Notes: generated by a model not told the origin, from the sequence alone. Positions 1 through 11,978 are shown, numbered from the stretch's first letter. The stretch: DNA of 64,000 nucleotides from an uncultured Chthonomonadaceae bacterium (GCA_963817895.1 CAWFQB010000001.1:160001-224000), one strand, 5' to 3'. Program-made: numbers and translations.

Positions 1-206
1 TCGCGGCGATGATACAGGTCATGCAGATGATCCTGATCGCGGCGAATGTCGGCAATATCGCGGTGGATTTCATTCCGGTCACGATTGTCGCGGGTATAAT
101 CGTCGGCATGGGCAGGCAGAATCGAAATCGCGCCGACAAACAGAGTGGTCAGTCCCAGAACTCCCGCCCATCGAATCATCGAACTATGCGCAGTTATGCG
201 TTTCAT
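1..206 (-). CDS. Secreted Asp/Arg/His-rich hypothetical protein (5' part; runs off the window start)
   Basis: Manual translation MKRITAHSSMIRWAGVLGLTTLFVGAISILPAHA-DDYTRDNRDRNEIHRDIADIRRDQDHLHDL...; AAGGAG RBS upstream; signal peptide ending AHA. Confidence 0.75.
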   Translation of the reverse strand, partial: MKRITAHSSMIRWAGVLGLTTLFVGAISILPAHADDYTRDNRDRNEIHRDIADIRRDQDHLHDLYHRR

Positions 207-392
207 AACGTTGGCTCCTTTGCTTCGTGGCAACTCTTCAGCAGTCCCCGGCAAAAAATCTGTTGGGAACGGAAGGAATTTGCTGTTCCCGATGCTGAAT
301 ACTCTTGCAAACGAAAACAGACCCAGAGCGTGACAGGATAACAAAGTTATCCTTCTTAACAGGGTTCAAGAGCAAGGAGCGATAGTAAGATC

Positions 393-989
393 ATGCGCCG
401 TGTTTCCTCTCCCATTCGGACAGTTGTAAATTGTGTAATGATCGGCTGCTTTGGCGTCACCGCGTTGGTATTCAATGCCAGAGTCATGCCGGTTTTGCGC
501 CGACAGCAGGCCAATCGTGATATTTGGTGCGCCGCAATTACCGACCATCCGAGCGAACTGAGGGCCGCATTGGAGGCAGGCGGCGATCCCAATGCTCGCA
601 ATCCCGCCAATGAACCCTGTTTGATGGTGGCGGCGCACAACGGCAATACCGCCTGCGTTCGGCTGCTGCTGCAATACAAAGCGAACCCGAATATTCGCGG
701 TTCCCAAGCCGCGACGCCCCTCATCCATGCCGCCCGCAACGCGCACCCCGACATTGTAGCCCTGCTGCTGGCAAGCGGGGCCAACCCCAATCTTGCCGAT
801 GCGAGGGGAGATACGCCCCTGATTATGTCGGCTATGATGGGCGACGTACAGAGTCTACAGCGCCTGTTAGGAGCGGGAGCCAATCCCCGCGCGCCCAACC
901 TGCAAAACATGACGCCCCTGTCAACGGCAAAACAGTGGGGTCATGGGGATATTGAGGTGTTGCTCGGTCGGGCAATGGCGTGGCAGTAG
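393..989 (+). CDS. Ankyrin-repeat protein with N-terminal hydrophobic anchor
   Basis: Repeated TPLxxAAxxGxxxxVxLLLxxGAnPN motifs; AAGGAG RBS. Confidence 0.9.
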   Translation: MRRVSSPIRTVVNCVMIGCFGVTALVFNARVMPVLRRQQANRDIWCAAITDHPSELRAALEAGGDPNARNPANEPCLMVAAHNGNTACVRLLLQYKANPNIRGSQAATPLIHAARNAHPDIVALLLASGANPNLADARGDTPLIMSAMMGDVQSLQRLLGAGANPRAPNLQNMTPLSTAKQWGHGDIEVLLGRAMAWQ

Positions 990-1004
990 GGAAAGTGCGC
1001 CGTC

Positions 1005-1302
1005 TTATTCTCGTCCGCTCGTCTCAAATGAGCGTAGTAGTGTTTCCGGCGCGGTTTCCTCATCTGCCATTGCGGGACGCACAAGGGTTTGCGGCTGCGC
1101 GTCCCCTGTCATACCGGCGCGAAGCAGAACGTTTTGCGGTTCCTGCGCGCGTTGGGCTTCCTGCTCTCGCATTTGCTTTCGTTCGTCGGTTATATCCATC
1201 GCCTTCTCTGTCACGGAGCCAATCCCTATTTGAAGTAAGACAGCAAACACCAGACCACCGGCAAGGAAAAAAAGTCAGAGCCAATCCAATGAGTGTTTCC
1301 AT
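1005..1302 (-). CDS. Small single-TM membrane protein with triple-LLR tail; one frameshift in an A7 run (~1267-1273)
   Basis: Removing one base from the homopolymer joins METLIGLALTFF to LAGGLVFAVLLQIG...LLRA...TLVRPA...ETLLRS. Confidence 0.65.
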
Positions 1303-1308
1303 ACGCGC

Positions 1309-3489
<2,181 letters not shown>

Positions 3490-3606
3490 CATTGCAGATG
3501 ACAAAGGTATCCATTATATGAGCGCCTAAATTGGATAGTCAGGTATAAAGCCGAGCAAAAGCCAACTTTGCGCATCATCTGGTTTTTAGCAGATAGTGAA
3601 GGTAAA

Positions 3607-4089
3607 ATGCGTAAACGCCGCACACGAGAACACATCATTGCTGATTTGAGCGTAAATCATGTTGAGCGTCAGGCGCTGCTGGCGGGTTACACGATTGAGC
3701 GCGTTATCTACGACTATGGCATTGATCTTACGTTGACGACTTACAACGCGAACGGCGAAGTGGAAAACGGCAAAATCTATTTTCAACTAAAAGCCACTGA
3801 CTCGCTTCGCGTTTCTGCGGACGGTCAATCGGCAATGCTGGTGGTTGATCGCGCCGATTTAGATTACTGGTTGGGAGAAGAGTATCCCGTAATCTTGACG
3901 CTGTATGACGCGCAGACAGATACTGCCTTCTGGCTGCATGTTCAGGCGCATTTTGCTGATTCTTCAAATCAAGTAGTTACATCGGCAGGGCAAACTGTAT
4001 CTGTGCGGATGCCGCAAGCCAACGTTGTCAGTCAAAGCGCTATGCAGGTGTTTGCTCAATTGCGGGATGCTGTAATCAGTCAACGCTAA
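3607..4089 (+). CDS. DUF4365-like PD-(D/E)xK-fold protein
   Basis: DYGIDL...IYFQLKAT motif; PVILTLYD...AFWL. Confidence 0.8.
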   Translation: MRKRRTREHIIADLSVNHVERQALLAGYTIERVIYDYGIDLTLTTYNANGEVENGKIYFQLKATDSLRVSADGQSAMLVVDRADLDYWLGEEYPVILTLYDAQTDTAFWLHVQAHFADSSNQVVTSAGQTVSVRMPQANVVSQSAMQVFAQLRDAVISQR

Positions 4090-4116
4090 GGTTGCGGGTA
4101 GGAAAGGAGCAGAAAG

Positions 4117-4416
4117 ATGCTGCCAACAGGTGTGCGTTATGCCAGCCTTGAGGAAACACTGCAACGGTTGGGGTTTATAAAGCGCATTGACGCAACCGCG
4201 CATGTCCGGTTTGAACATGCTGATGGCGCGGTATTCGCGACACGCGCCTATACGCCCAATGAAGTTGTACGGGAAATTGTGCTTGTTGCGGCAAGGAGTA
4301 CGGCAGATGATTGGGGTATAGCGGACCGGGAAACATTCGAGCGCCTGTTGGCGGAGAGCATAGCGCAAAATAGTTCGTCTGCGCCTGCGCATGAAGGCGT
4401 CTCAACAGCGGCATGA
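4117..4416 (+). CDS. HicA-like small protein
   Basis: LEETLQRLGF...AHVRFEH pattern resembling HicA (LxxxGF...SHxxf.H); AAGGAG RBS. Confidence 0.5.
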   Translation: MLPTGVRYASLEETLQRLGFIKRIDATAHVRFEHADGAVFATRAYTPNEVVREIVLVAARSTADDWGIADRETFERLLAESIAQNSSSAPAHEGVSTAA

Positions 4417-4432
4417 TGGGAAGGACTGAAAA

Positions 4433-6766
4433 ATGCGTTTGGCTTGCCTGCTTGGTATTGGAGTGGCGTTGAGTCTGTTGGTCGCGGTCAGGGCGGAAGC
4501 CGCGCCGTGGCAGCAAGCCATGCCGCTGCAAAAAGGTTCGGTTATCAGTCTGTCAGGGAAGATTGCGCCGGGGGTTTATGAACTGGCGTCTGAAGGCGAT
4601 GCGGGAAAGACGGGCGCGATTACGGTGCGGGGCGACAATCTCACGGTTGATTTTGCCGGGGCGGAACTGCGCGGCACACCTTTGACCGCGCAACCGGACG
4701 AGCGCAGGGGAACCGGGATCGTCGTGGAGGGGCGCAACATCACCCTGAAACATCTGCGCGTTCGGGGCTATAAAATCGGCCTGATGGCCCGCCACTGCCC
4801 CGGCCTGAAAATTCTGGACAGCGATCTCTCCTACAACTGGAAGCAACATTTGCGCAGTACCCTCGAACACGAAGACCTCGAAGATTGGATGTCGTACCAC
4901 CACAACGAAGCCGAGGAGTGGCTGCGGTATGGCGCGGGCGCGTATTTGCAGGACTGCGATGGTTTTGAAGCGCGGGGCAACACCATTCAGGGCGGGCAAT
5001 GCGGCCTGATGCTGACCCGCTGCAACAAAGGACTCGTCTGGAACAACAATTTCTCGTTTCTGAGTGGGCTTGGCGTGGGCATGTACCGGGCGAGTGAAAA
5101 CCGCGTATTCCACAACAAAATTGACTGGTGCGTCCGGGGTTACTCGCATGGCGTGTACAACCGAGGACAGGATTCGGCGGGCATTCTCGTTTTCGATCAG
5201 TGCAATAAGAACGTTTTCGCCTACAACTCGGTCACGCATGGCGGCGACGGCTTCTTTTTGTGGGCGGGGCAGCACACGATGGACACGGGCGAGGGCGGCT
5301 GCAACGACAACCTGCTGTACGGCAACGATTTCAGCCACGCGCCCACCAATGGCATTGAAGTGACGTTCAGCCGCAACACCATCATCAACAACCGCGTGGA
5401 GGAGTGCGATCACGGTATATGGGGTGGTTACTCCTACGACACGCTCATTTTGCAAAACCAGTTTGCCCACAACAACCGCGCTATTGCCATCGAACATGGC
5501 CAGCATAACCGAATCGAGCAGAACACGTTTATGGAAGACGGCGAAGCTATCGCTTTGTGGCAGAACAAAACGCAGGACCCGAACTGGGGCTATCCCAAGC
5601 ATCACGATACCGTCAGCCACGATTATCGTATCAACGGCAACAACTTCTATTGGCCTTCGCGCGATGCCGTTTCCCTGCGCGATACACGAGACGTATCCTT
5701 AGATGACAACCTGTTCGTCGCCCTCGCGCCAGCAATGATGCTGACCGGCGACACAGCAGGCCTGCGCGTCGGGTCAAACCGGCTGCTAGGCAATGCCGAC
5801 AATTTCAAAGGATTGCCGATCCCGCCCAATCTTCTCCTGACAAACAAAGCCCCTAAAGAATACCAACCGAAGGAGTGGACCCCCGTGTTTTCGCAGCGAG
5901 CGCGCGACAATGAAAACGTAAAGGAAGCCCTGACGTTTAAGCCGATGCCGCTCAAGGATGGGCAGAAGGCATTCCTCAAACTCAATCAAAAGCGGGGACG
6001 CCAGTATATTCTTGTGGACGAGTGGGGGCCGTATGACTTTCAATCGCCGCGTTTGTGGCCGCGCGGCAAAACTTCGGCGCAGGCAGGGGCAAGCGGCGCA
6101 ACGCGCTACCAATTCGATATGCTTGGCCCGTCCGGCGCGTGGCGCGTGAAATCGGCGCGTGGCGTTGCCCGCTGGTCGGCGCAATCGGGAAACGTGCCGG
6201 GAACGCTCGACGTGGAATTGGAACCGGGCAAAGCGGTTGACCTGCGAATGGAACTGGAATACACGGGCGCGGCCACAACCGATTACCGGGGCATTGCCAC
6301 TCCTGCCGGTACGCCCGTCACGTTCGCCTATTCCAAATTCTTCGCGCCGATTGACTGGAATGTTCGATTTTTTGCCTACGACCCGAAAACACAGGAACCG
6401 CGTACCCAGTCCGAAGGCTTCGTGAACCTGATTGCAAGCGGCAAGCCACTTGTTTCCCTGAAAACTGATCAACTGGATTTCGCCGGGTATGGCGCGTTTG
6501 CCAAAGGCGTTCCCGCCAACTATTTTGCTACAATTGCCGATGGCGCATTGGAAGTTCCGTCCGGCGATTACACGCTGGAAGTAACGACAGACGACGGCTG
6601 CCGCGTCCTGCTGGACGGCAAAACAATTCTCAACGAGTGGCATTATCAGGGGCCGACCACGTACAACGTAGATTTGAAATTGAGCGGCAAGCACAAACTT
6701 CACGTTGAGCATTTTCAGATTGACGGCTACGCCACCCTGAAAGTGAACCTGCGCCCGAAACACTGA
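4433..6766 (+). CDS. Secreted right-handed beta-helix (NosD/pectin-lyase-like) protein with C-terminal PA14 domain
   Basis: Asn-ladder beta-helix repeats; PA14-like GDYTLEVTTDDGCRVLLDGK...HKLHVEHFQ. Confidence 0.85.
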   Translation: MRLACLLGIGVALSLLVAVRAEAAPWQQAMPLQKGSVISLSGKIAPGVYELASEGDAGKTGAITVRGDNLTVDFAGAELRGTPLTAQPDERRGTGIVVEGRNITLKHLRVRGYKIGLMARHCPGLKILDSDLSYNWKQHLRSTLEHEDLEDWMSYHHNEAEEWLRYGAGAYLQDCDGFEARGNTIQGGQCGLMLTRCNKGLVWNNNFSFLSGLGVGMYRASENRVFHNKIDWCVRGYSHGVYNRGQDSAGILVFDQCNKNVFAYNSVTHGGDGFFLWAGQHTMDTGEGGCNDNLLYGNDFSHAPTNGIEVTFSRNTIINNRVEECDHGIWGGYSYDTLILQNQFAHNNRAIAIEHGQHNRIEQNTFMEDGEAIALWQNKTQDPNWGYPKHHDTVSHDYRINGNNFYWPSRDAVSLRDTRDVSLDDNLFVALAPAMMLTGDTAGLRVGSNRLLGNADNFKGLPIPPNLLLTNKAPKEYQPKEWTPVFSQRARDNENVKEALTFKPMPLKDGQKAFLKLNQKRGRQYILVDEWGPYDFQSPRLWPRGKTSAQAGASGATRYQFDMLGPSGAWRVKSARGVARWSAQSGNVPGTLDVELEPGKAVDLRMELEYTGAATTDYRGIATPAGTPVTFAYSKFFAPIDWNVRFFAYDPKTQEPRTQSEGFVNLIASGKPLVSLKTDQLDFAGYGAFAKGVPANYFATIADGALEVPSGDYTLEVTTDDGCRVLLDGKTILNEWHYQGPTTYNVDLKLSGKHKLHVEHFQIDGYATLKVNLRPKH

Positions 6767-6771
6767 CAAAC

Positions 6772-7635
6772 CTACATGTCAATCGCGACATCGGTGAGAA
6801 CGAAACCGCCATTGAATGTGTTCGTACCCGTCGCTTTCAATTGCTCCCCAACTTGCAACTGACTGAACAGCAGGGGCGTGACCCGGTTTATCTGCGCGTC
6901 GGTTGCGGCCCTGACAGTTACGGATGCGCCGCTGTGCAATTTCATCACGAGCGGGCTGACCGAGGTAATCATTCCGTTGAGCGTCACCGTATTCGTGGCC
7001 TGCGTAGCGACAGTTGTCTGTCTGGCGTTCGCGCTGCTGGAAGAATTGCCGGGAGGATTGCCGCCCATGCCGGACGCGCGCATGTTTTGCTGCAAAAAGG
7101 CGGGGATTTGTCCCGCCGTGATGGTGGCTGCCGTAAGCGAAGCCGGCCCTGTCGCCGTATTGGTGGCAACGCCCTGAACCTGCACCCACTCACCGGTTTC
7201 AAGATCGCTTGCGGTAATTGCCGTTTGCGTCACGAACCGGGTGGCGTTGCTGACTTGAAGCGTCTGCGAACCCCCGTTGGATTGCGATTGTATCAGGATT
7301 TGCCCCGCGCTTGCGTCCCCGGCCACGATGGTTCCGATTATGAGCGGCGTTTGCGGACCGTTGCCGCCGCCCTGATTGCCTCCCGGCCCTCCCCCGTTCG
7401 CGCCTGCGCCCATGCCGCTGACGCCTGCCACTGCGCCGGTTTGACCGTTCGCTGCTTGCCTGTTCGACAGGGAACCGGTTCCCGTTGTGGAAGCTGCGCC
7501 GCGTGACGGCATCGGCCTGAAAACGCGGCGGTTTCCCGCGCCCTGCGCCTGCGCGGGATTGCCGACGGCAAGCGCGGCGCACAACGCGAACCCTGCCGAT
7601 ACAACCGTTTTCATGGCTATGCTGTTTGTTTTCAT
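6772..7635 (-). CDS. Secreted Gly-rich protein with repeated OB-fold-like (DUF5666-like) units
   Basis: Signal peptide (AQA); ASDLETGEWVQVQG and FSQLQVGEQLKATG repeats. Confidence 0.65.
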   Translation of the reverse strand: MKTNSIAMKTVVSAGFALCAALAVGNPAQAQGAGNRRVFRPMPSRGAASTTGTGSLSNRQAANGQTGAVAGVSGMGAGANGGGPGGNQGGGNGPQTPLIIGTIVAGDASAGQILIQSQSNGGSQTLQVSNATRFVTQTAITASDLETGEWVQVQGVATNTATGPASLTAATITAGQIPAFLQQNMRASGMGGNPPGNSSSSANARQTTVATQATNTVTLNGMITSVSPLVMKLHSGASVTVRAATDAQINRVTPLLFSQLQVGEQLKATGTNTFNGGFVLTDVAIDM

Positions 7636-7867
7636 CTGATTTCCTCCGTGACTGTGTAAACACCCATTCGAGCAAATAACGTGGAAGACAACGTTCTGTC
7701 AAATTCACATGTTAGCGGAAGGTGAGTTGGATACGAAATCCCCTCCGCGCCTGTCATAATGGAGTATAAGCGCGAAACATAAAAACGGCATAAGAGCCGG
7801 AATTTCTTTTGAAGAGTTGAAAAGAAGATGTGAGTTGAAAGAAGATTTGAAAGGGGAGGGCAAGAGC

Positions 7868-8335
7868 ATGGGAGAAGTGAGCAGCATTGTGTACAAGCCG
7901 CGCGACGCGGCAGGAACGGCGGACGGCTATACGCGCCTGCCATTGCGTGAAGCCCGTCTTGTGGTGGGGCAGGGGATTGACGGCGATGCCAAAGGCAGCG
8001 GCAACCCCGGCCGGCAGTTGAACATCATGACGCTGGAAACGGTTCAGCAGTTGGGCGAGGAGGGCTTTCACACGGACGCGGGCGAGATGGGCGAGCAGTT
8101 GATAGTCGCGCAACTTGACATGAACGCGCTGGCTATCGGAACCCGCCTGCAAATCGGCGCAACCGCCTGCGTGGAACTGACGGAACCGCGCACCGGCTGC
8201 GGCAAATTCGAGAAGTATCAGGGCAAAAAGCGCGAGGAAGCGTCGGGGCGCTTGGGCATGATGGCGCGCGTCGTCGCGGACGGAACCATTCACGTTGGCG
8301 ATTTCGTTCAAGTCGTTGAGGAACCCGGCAAGTAG
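7868..8335 (+). CDS. MOSC-domain protein
   Basis: GIDGD, RQLNI, GEMGEQL, TEPRTGC, GMMARVVADGTIHVGD motifs. Confidence 0.9.
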   Translation: MGEVSSIVYKPRDAAGTADGYTRLPLREARLVVGQGIDGDAKGSGNPGRQLNIMTLETVQQLGEEGFHTDAGEMGEQLIVAQLDMNALAIGTRLQIGATACVELTEPRTGCGKFEKYQGKKREEASGRLGMMARVVADGTIHVGDFVQVVEEPGK

Positions 8336-8381
8336 CGGATGGTTCTGCATACCGAAGCCGTGTCAGTAATGGAGGCCCAAT

Positions 8382-8768
8382 GTGGCAACACGCGAACAGG
8401 TTTATCTTTTCTGCTGGCTGTTGGCGATGTTATTCATCATTGCGGAAAAGCCCATTGAGGAAAAATACAGGCCGAACGGCAAACTTCGCGAACATCCGAA
8501 GATTTGTACCCGTTCCGAAGCGACTCTGGGTTGCGCGGCGATGGTCGTACCCTATTACTTCCTCTTTTTTGGAATTCGCCCGCCTCAAAACTTCGCGTGT
8601 TGGATTTGGGGCGTGAGCCTGTCTGCCGTGCCGTGTTTTGCCGCTATCTGGTACTGGCAGCGCAAGTATCCGCCCCAAATCGCCCGGTGGTTTCTCGCGA
8701 AACTCGGCACAGACTTTATGATGCGCGCGGTCATTCAAGGCATCTGGTGGCTATGGGTTTGGCATTGA
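8382..8768 (+). CDS. Hypothetical membrane protein
   Basis: GGAGG RBS; several hydrophobic segments. Confidence 0.5.
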   Translation: MATREQVYLFCWLLAMLFIIAEKPIEEKYRPNGKLREHPKICTRSEATLGCAAMVVPYYFLFFGIRPPQNFACWIWGVSLSAVPCFAAIWYWQRKYPPQIARWFLAKLGTDFMMRAVIQGIWWLWVWH

Positions 8769-10001
8769 CATAGAGGCGGGCGGGTTTGCCGATTTCTTCG
8801 CCCATTTTGCTTCCAATGCCGGACGCTTAACCCGAATAAAGTGATCGGGCGCGGACGTGGTAACGCTCATTCCCATAAACATAGGCTTGCGCGGCATGTG
8901 ACAGCCCACGCAGCCGGTGCGGGGATTAACCGGGCAGACATTGCCGATTTCCGATTTTCGATTTTCGATTTTCGATTGAGTTCCTTCTTTTCCCTTTTCC
9001 CTTTTCCCTTTTCCCTGTCCCGAATGGCAACCAAGACACGCCGCTTCGTACTTGCGCATGTTGTGGGAGGTGTTCTGGTGGGGGTTGTGGCAGGTGTTGC
9101 AGGAGAGGGTATTCTTGCTCTCCTTGAAACAGCGGGACAGCATCAGGCCATACGGCTGGAAGCGGGACGTGACGCTCAGGTCGGGCGTATCGCCCACCGC
9201 CATGCCCGCCACTTCCGCGTTGCGGTGGCACTTGCCGCACAGGTCGTTGACCCGCTTCGCGTCCCATTTGCCGATACGCTCTATTTGTATATCCGCTGTC
9301 TTGCCGCTTTGCATTGCCGCAATGTGCGCCCCCCCGGCCCCGTGACACGCTTCGCAGCCCACGCCGTAGAATCGCTTTTCCGGTATGTTCGAGTCGGGCG
9401 GCAGCGTGGTGACGTGGCACTGGATACAGGAACGCGCCTCCTCGTCCCTGTGATCTACGCCCAGTGCCGTTCGGGAAATGTTCTTTTGTCCCGGCGTGAT
9501 TTTCCACTGATGCTGATTGGGAAAATAACTGGCGCGCATTTCAAAAACGTGGCTGCCCATCGGCGTCACATACGTCATGCCGCTTTTACCGGAACCAAGC
9601 GCGTACCGCAGCGGCCCCTGACCGCCCCCCGGCATCTGCGCCTGATAGCCATCCCCTACCTGTATGATCCGCGCTCTGGTTCCGGGTAACGGACCGGTTT
9701 TGGGCGCCAGTCTGCCCAAACTGATTTTATCCGCCGCATGGAATGTAATGGCGTGACGACTGGACTTGTGATCTCGAAACGCCTGCGCGTGACATCCGGC
9801 GCAAGCCTGATCGCCCACAAACACGGCAGTATCCCCCGTATCCGAAACCGGGGGAGCCGGGGCAACCGTCGCGTCTTTTACCACAGCGGCAGGCGCTACC
9901 GACGGCGCGTTATGAACGCAGCCCGCCACGCACAGCAGCAGGATAAAGGAGGCGACTATAAACAGGATAGTCGCGCGACAGGCGGAAAAGGAACGCATCA
10001 T
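8751..10001 (-). CDS. Multiheme c-type cytochrome lipoprotein (cytochrome c554-like), 7 CxxCH
   Basis: CAGCH, CIQCH, CEACH, CGKCH, CNTCH, CLGCH, CVGCH; lipobox VAGC. Confidence 0.9.
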   Translation of the reverse strand: MMRSFSACRATILFIVASFILLLCVAGCVHNAPSVAPAAVVKDATVAPAPPVSDTGDTAVFVGDQACAGCHAQAFRDHKSSRHAITFHAADKISLGRLAPKTGPLPGTRARIIQVGDGYQAQMPGGGQGPLRYALGSGKSGMTYVTPMGSHVFEMRASYFPNQHQWKITPGQKNISRTALGVDHRDEEARSCIQCHVTTLPPDSNIPEKRFYGVGCEACHGAGGAHIAAMQSGKTADIQIERIGKWDAKRVNDLCGKCHRNAEVAGMAVGDTPDLSVTSRFQPYGLMLSRCFKESKNTLSCNTCHNPHQNTSHNMRKYEAACLGCHSGQGKGKREKGKEGTQSKIENRKSEIGNVCPVNPRTGCVGCHMPRKPMFMGMSVTTSAPDHFIRVKRPALEAKWAKKSANPPASMSMPNP

Positions 10002-10260
10002 TACAACTCAGTTCATTTCAACTCATTGTGGCAATTTCGCGTAACCGTCGGCAGCAACACAGGATAACATACTTCCACATTGTAGCGCGAACAGGGTAAT
10101 TCGTCAAGGCGCGATATATTTTTCTGCGCAATATGAACATCCCCGGACTCTCCGCGTCTAAAATTATGCAGCCGGATAAAAGATTATCAGTCAGGTGAAA
10201 ACTGTTGAAAATATTCTGCGGACGAAGCAGGAATCCGGTATGATAATAGTGTAAATAAGA

Positions 10261-10323
10261 GTTGACAAAGAATTTTGAAAAAATTCTTGCCAACGGGTGT
10301 CACGAAATTCGGAGCGTCTCGTA
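10261..10323 (+). promoter_or_regulatory. Operator-like inverted repeat plus ECF-type promoter candidate
   Basis: GTTGACAAAGAATTTT / AAAATTCTTGCCAAC imperfect palindrome (10261-10294); TGTCAC-N16-CGTA at 10298-10323. Confidence 0.45.
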
Positions 10324-10388
10324 CCGAGACAACAATGGAACGTTTTGGAAAGATTTGCGCTCTGAACGCCGTGTTGAGGAGAGTGCCC

Positions 10389-11978
10389 GTGGTCACGCAA
10401 AATAACAATTTAGTTTCGCGAACCGCCGTAACCGCCCGGAAATCTTCCGGCGAGATGTCACGCGCCGTTGCCGTCGCGGTGACGCCGCTGGAAGCGGCGG
10501 AAACCATATTTCGGCGCTTCGCGCCCCGCGCGATTTCGATACTGTCTAATCCGCGCACACTGGAAGATGGCCGGACGCTTCCCGCCCGCCTGAGCGCGAA
10601 TGACTGCTATGTGGCGATGGAAGAGGCGTGCCGGAAAATGGCCCGCGTAGCCCTGCGTAAGTTCGAGGGCGATACCACGCTGGAAGCGATTGGCTTTTCC
10701 GACGCGCTGGACGTGATCTTTCCCGATCCGCCCGCGTATCTGACCCGCTGTATCCGTTCCGTCGTCAGCGATGGCGAGCGCGTGACGCGCCGGGAAGTTC
10801 CCGCCGTTTCGATGGATCAGCCGATTGGCTTCAGCGGCGACGGCGACAACGCCCTGTGCCTGCGCGATACCATTTCGGACACGGACAGCAACGGGCAGCC
10901 CGAAACCGCTTTACTGGAACAGGACGACCGCCAGCGTTTCCGCAGCGCGCTGAACAACGCCCTGCAATCCATTCCGAAAAACTATCTGGAAGCCTTGCAG
11001 CGCGACATGTCCCGCTCCCGCGAACGCGAAGACGGAGCCAGAACCGCGCCCGAATCCGATAAGGAACGACAGACCGTGTGCCGCGCCCGCGCCGCCGTGT
11101 CGGAAATCCTCAAGCGCGAGTGCGGCCTGGACAATCCCTTCATACGCCAACTGGCGCAGCAGAGGAGCGGACGGGTGCGCCAAAAGCCAACGGCAGGGAA
11201 AAACACAGCCAACTGGACGGCGGAAAAGCAGAGCCATCTGTTTCAGCGCCTGCTCAACACCTCATGGCAAGATCGCGCCCAATCCGGCGCGAACCCGGAC
11301 GGCAACATTGAGGAGGCGATTGTTAACGACGTGAGCGGCAGCAGCAACGTCGCGCCGCCCTCGCCCGAAATGCGCCAATCCATGCGCGTGATGGACATGT
11401 ATTACCTGAACGAGCGCAAAACAGAAAATAATGACGCGCAGGAACTCTATAATCAGGCCGAAACCTCGCGACATCGTGGTAAAATAGAAGAGGCGATGCG
11501 CCTTTACCGGCAGGCGTATGAACTGGACCCGAAATATTTCGCCGCGCTTAACGAAGTGGGCCTGCTGCTGATGCAAACCGGGAACCTGCGGGACGCGCTG
11601 AAAGTCTATCTGACAATCGTAGAGCATCCCGAAGCGGGCGCGATCAAGTATGTGGCCGCAACCAATGCCGCGGATGTGTATCTGCACTGGTTTGACGCGG
11701 GCCGCAACAAAGAGCGCAACATCGAACGCGCCGCGTTTTATGCCAAAATGGCGATGCGCAAGCCGACACCCATGCGCGCCTGTAACCTGATTTTGGCGTA
11801 TGTGAAAGACCGATACTATACGGAAGCGCAGGAACTGATGAACACGGTTCTTCAAAGCAACCTGCCCGGCTGTCCCGCCGATAAGTTTTTGCAGACGCTG
11901 TTCCAAATCCGCGATGCCGATCTGGTATCATGGTGGAGTTGGCTGGACAGCGAAATGGGAAAGGATGAAGTCCGATGA
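10389..11978 (+). CDS. ECF-sigma-like protein fused to C-terminal TPR domain (start GTG 10389 or ATG 10335)
   Basis: Region-2-like PPAYLTRCIRSVVSD; VSMDQP linker; region-4-like ALQSIPKNYLEAL...RQTVCRARAAVSEIL; TPRs EEAMRLYRQAYELDPKYFAALNEVGLLLMQTGNLRDALKVY; GAGGAG 7 nt before the GTG. Confidence 0.75.
   Translation: MVTQNNNLVSRTAVTARKSSGEMSRAVAVAVTPLEAAETIFRRFAPRAISILSNPRTLEDGRTLPARLSANDCYVAMEEACRKMARVALRKFEGDTTLEAIGFSDALDVIFPDPPAYLTRCIRSVVSDGERVTRREVPAVSMDQPIGFSGDGDNALCLRDTISDTDSNGQPETALLEQDDRQRFRSALNNALQSIPKNYLEALQRDMSRSREREDGARTAPESDKERQTVCRARAAVSEILKRECGLDNPFIRQLAQQRSGRVRQKPTAGKNTANWTAEKQSHLFQRLLNTSWQDRAQSGANPDGNIEEAIVNDVSGSSNVAPPSPEMRQSMRVMDMYYLNERKTENNDAQELYNQAETSRHRGKIEEAMRLYRQAYELDPKYFAALNEVGLLLMQTGNLRDALKVYLTIVEHPEAGAIKYVAATNAADVYLHWFDAGRNKERNIERAAFYAKMAMRKPTPMRACNLILAYVKDRYYTEAQELMNTVLQSNLPGCPADKFLQTLFQIRDADLVSWWSWLDSEMGKDEVR

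Noticed and set aside
9..341. Plus-strand 110-aa ORF at the window start
   Set aside because: Shadow of the minus-strand secreted protein (1-206), which has an RBS and a signal peptide
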